Part shown: one piece after another, positions 62,549 to 64,000 of the stretch
How positions within the stretch are numbered: position 1 is the stretch's first letter
Layout: each line of letters begins with the position of its first letter
Assembly: GCA_017616555.1 (NCBI GenBank)
Contig: JAFZXZ010000022.1
Span: forward strand, 16-64,015
Reading direction: 5' to 3'
DNA: 64,000 nt
From: a bacterium
Lineage (GTDB): Bacteria > Auribacterota > UBA3054
Made by a program: the position numbers and the translations under genes
The notes under the pieces: generated by a model
What the model saw: the letters and a program-made list of their open reading frames with translations, nothing else
What the model was told of the DNA's origin: nothing
Databases searched by the model: none

Positions 62549-64000
62549 ATGTTATACCTGTTCCGCAAATCCCAAAGATGGCTCCTGTGGCTGTTGCTCA
62601 TCGTAGTCGTCATCACCTTTGTTTTCTGGGGCTCCAAGCCCTCCAGAATGTTCTCTATCGCCCCGACCACCAAGCTCTCCAGCTATGACGGCCAGAAGAT
62701 CACCTTCGAGGATCTTCAGCGCGCCAAAGGCGCCGCCCGAGTCCATCTCGTCATGTACGGATATCCTCTCAGCGAAATGAACGACGGCATGCTCACTACG
62801 CAGGCTGTCAGCCACATCATCAACTACCGCAAGGCTGAGAAAGCCGGCGTGACCGTTGACAATTCCATGCTGCAGAATACGCTTAGGAATTTCGTTCCCC
62901 CGTCCACTTCCCCCGAAGCTTACGAACGTTACGTTGCCTCAACCTTCGGCGTTACCAACACGCGCGAATTCGAGGAAGACGTCCGCCAGATCCTGGCCAT
63001 CTCTCTATCCGCCGGCGATTCCCAGCTGTCCTTCTTCGAACCGAAGAACGAGAAAGACCTCGATTACGTCAGCTCCAACGTCAAAGCCGACATCAGCTAC
63101 GTCACCTTCGTTTACACTGCGAAACTCGAGGAAGCCGGCAAGCTCGCGACCAGCAACGACGTTCAGACGCTTTACGACAAGGACCCCAGCGCTTTCGCGC
63201 AGCCTGACAAATACCGTTTCCTCTGCGCCAACTTCGAAGCCCAGACCAACAAGGTAACGTACACAGAAAACGACATCAAGGATTATTTCGACCTCTATCA
63301 GGGCGACTTCACCAAGACCAACGAATTCGGCGAAACAGTTGACATGGAGTTTGACGAAGCCAAGAGCCAGGTCATCTCCGCCTTCCTGCTTGAAAGAGCC
63401 AACGAGGAAGTTCAGGAGAGAGCCTACGCCTTCCGCGACAAAGCCGCCACACAGGAAGAACTCTCCACCGAGGAACTCGTGAACAACTTCAAGGAAGCCG
63501 CGAAAGAAGCCGGCGTCCAGGTCCTGGATTCCTTGACCCAACCCGTCGGCAATGTTTCCCCGATGGTTAGACCCAACGGCGCCCAGATCGCCAAGCTCGT
63601 CGAAGAAGAGCCCGTCGGCACGCTTGACGTTTACGAAGCTTCCGACAGCCTCTACCAGGTCTATCTGGTCGTCGCCCGCAGCGAAGCTTATGAACCGACC
63701 TTAGAAGAAGCCGAAAGCGACGTCCGCCAGGCCTGGGTCACCGCCAAAGCCTATGAGCTGACTAAAAACGACGCCGAGGACTTCCTTGCGAAAGTCAAAG
63801 CCGATCCCAAGAACTTCGAAGGCATCGCCACCAATGCCAACCGCAAGGTCAATAAAGTCCCGCAGCCGATCACCCCGCTGCAGAGCATAATCAGGGACAT
63901 CCCGGCCCCCGAGTACAGGACGCTCTTCCGTTATCCCGCGGGAACCCCGCGCCTTCTTAACGGCTTCAACAACGTTTACGTCGCCGTCGTCACCGAGTTC
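62549..64000 (+). CDS. PpiD/SurA-N-like periplasmic chaperone, 3' partial (runs off the window)
   Basis: Not in the ORF track because there is no stop in the window. I read the frame by hand as open from ATG 62549 to 64000. GGAG upstream. N-terminal anchor MLYLFRKSQRWLLWLLLIVVVITFVFWG is typical of PpiD-like proteins. Confidence 0.55.
   Translation, partial: MLYLFRKSQRWLLWLLLIVVVITFVFWGSKPSRMFSIAPTTKLSSYDGQKITFEDLQRAKGAARVHLVMYGYPLSEMNDGMLTTQAVSHIINYRKAEKAGVTVDNSMLQNTLRNFVPPSTSPEAYERYVASTFGVTNTREFEEDVRQILAISLSAGDSQLSFFEPKNEKDLDYVSSNVKADISYVTFVYTAKLEEAGKLATSNDVQTLYDKDPSAFAQPDKYRFLCANFEAQTNKVTYTENDIKDYFDLYQGDFTKTNEFGETVDMEFDEAKSQVISAFLLERANEEVQERAYAFRDKAATQEELSTEELVNNFKEAAKEAGVQVLDSLTQPVGNVSPMVRPNGAQIAKLVEEEPVGTLDVYEASDSLYQVYLVVARSEAYEPTLEEAESDVRQAWVTAKAYELTKNDAEDFLAKVKADPKNFEGIATNANRKVNKVPQPITPLQSIIRDIPAPEYRTLFRYPAGTPRLLNGFNNVYVAVVTEF

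Noticed and set aside
62856-63257. 133-aa P/S/T/R-rich plus-strand ORF
   Set aside because: It is an alternative frame of the long PpiD-like ORF that is open from 62549 to the window end.
1-64000. CRISPR arrays, transposases/IS elements, integrases, prophage, toxin-antitoxin or known defence genes
   Set aside because: Scanning both strands, I found no regularly spaced direct repeats and no recognisable transposase, integrase or phage motifs among ORFs of 60 aa or more. This cannot exclude very small or highly divergent elements.

Overview
The window is gene-dense (about 45 CDS and 1 tRNA), moderately GC-rich, and chromosomal. It comes from a diderm bacterium; PEP-CTERM anchors and the gene content suggest the PVC group (Lentisphaerota, Kiritimatiellota or Verrucomicrobiota), which is a low-confidence inference. 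All calls rest on reading the ORF translations and recognising motifs from memory; no searches were run.

Layout:
(1) 1-2.7 kb: an OmpA-like protein, a lipoprotein and a GT4 glycosyltransferase.
(2) 2.7-21 kb, minus strand: one co-directional array. It holds three giant paralogous PEP-CTERM metzincin/PKD proteins (1514, 1539 and 1551 aa) with an embedded secreted esterase. Downstream are OsmC and two eukaryote-type GT-C membrane glycosyltransferase homologues (DUF2723/TMEM260-like and TMTC-like).
(3) 21-31 kb, minus strand: an outer-membrane biogenesis super-array. It runs tRNA-Arg, YfgM-like TPR, BamD-like, LptE-like, rpmB, kdsB, kdsA, kdsD, kdsC, lptC, two lptA, lptB, then a terminator.
(4) 31-43 kb, plus strand: housekeeping genes rpsO, pnp, dut, two paralogous secreted proteins, an L,D-transpeptidase, accA, a uvrA that lacks the insertion domain, and mreB.
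(5) 43-53 kb, minus strand: three tandem paralogs of about 1,000 aa. Their architecture is FHA-like, DUF4190-like TM block, pilin-like module, TPR and coiled coil, and I cannot place them in a characterised family. This is my best candidate for an undescribed system.
(6) 53-64 kb: class I lysS, then a minus-strand operon (NahK-like kinase, activase/dehydratase fusion, small TM peptide, GalK-like kinase, uppP), then leuCD and a PpiD-like chaperone running off the window.

I saw no CRISPR array, transposase, integrase or rRNA.
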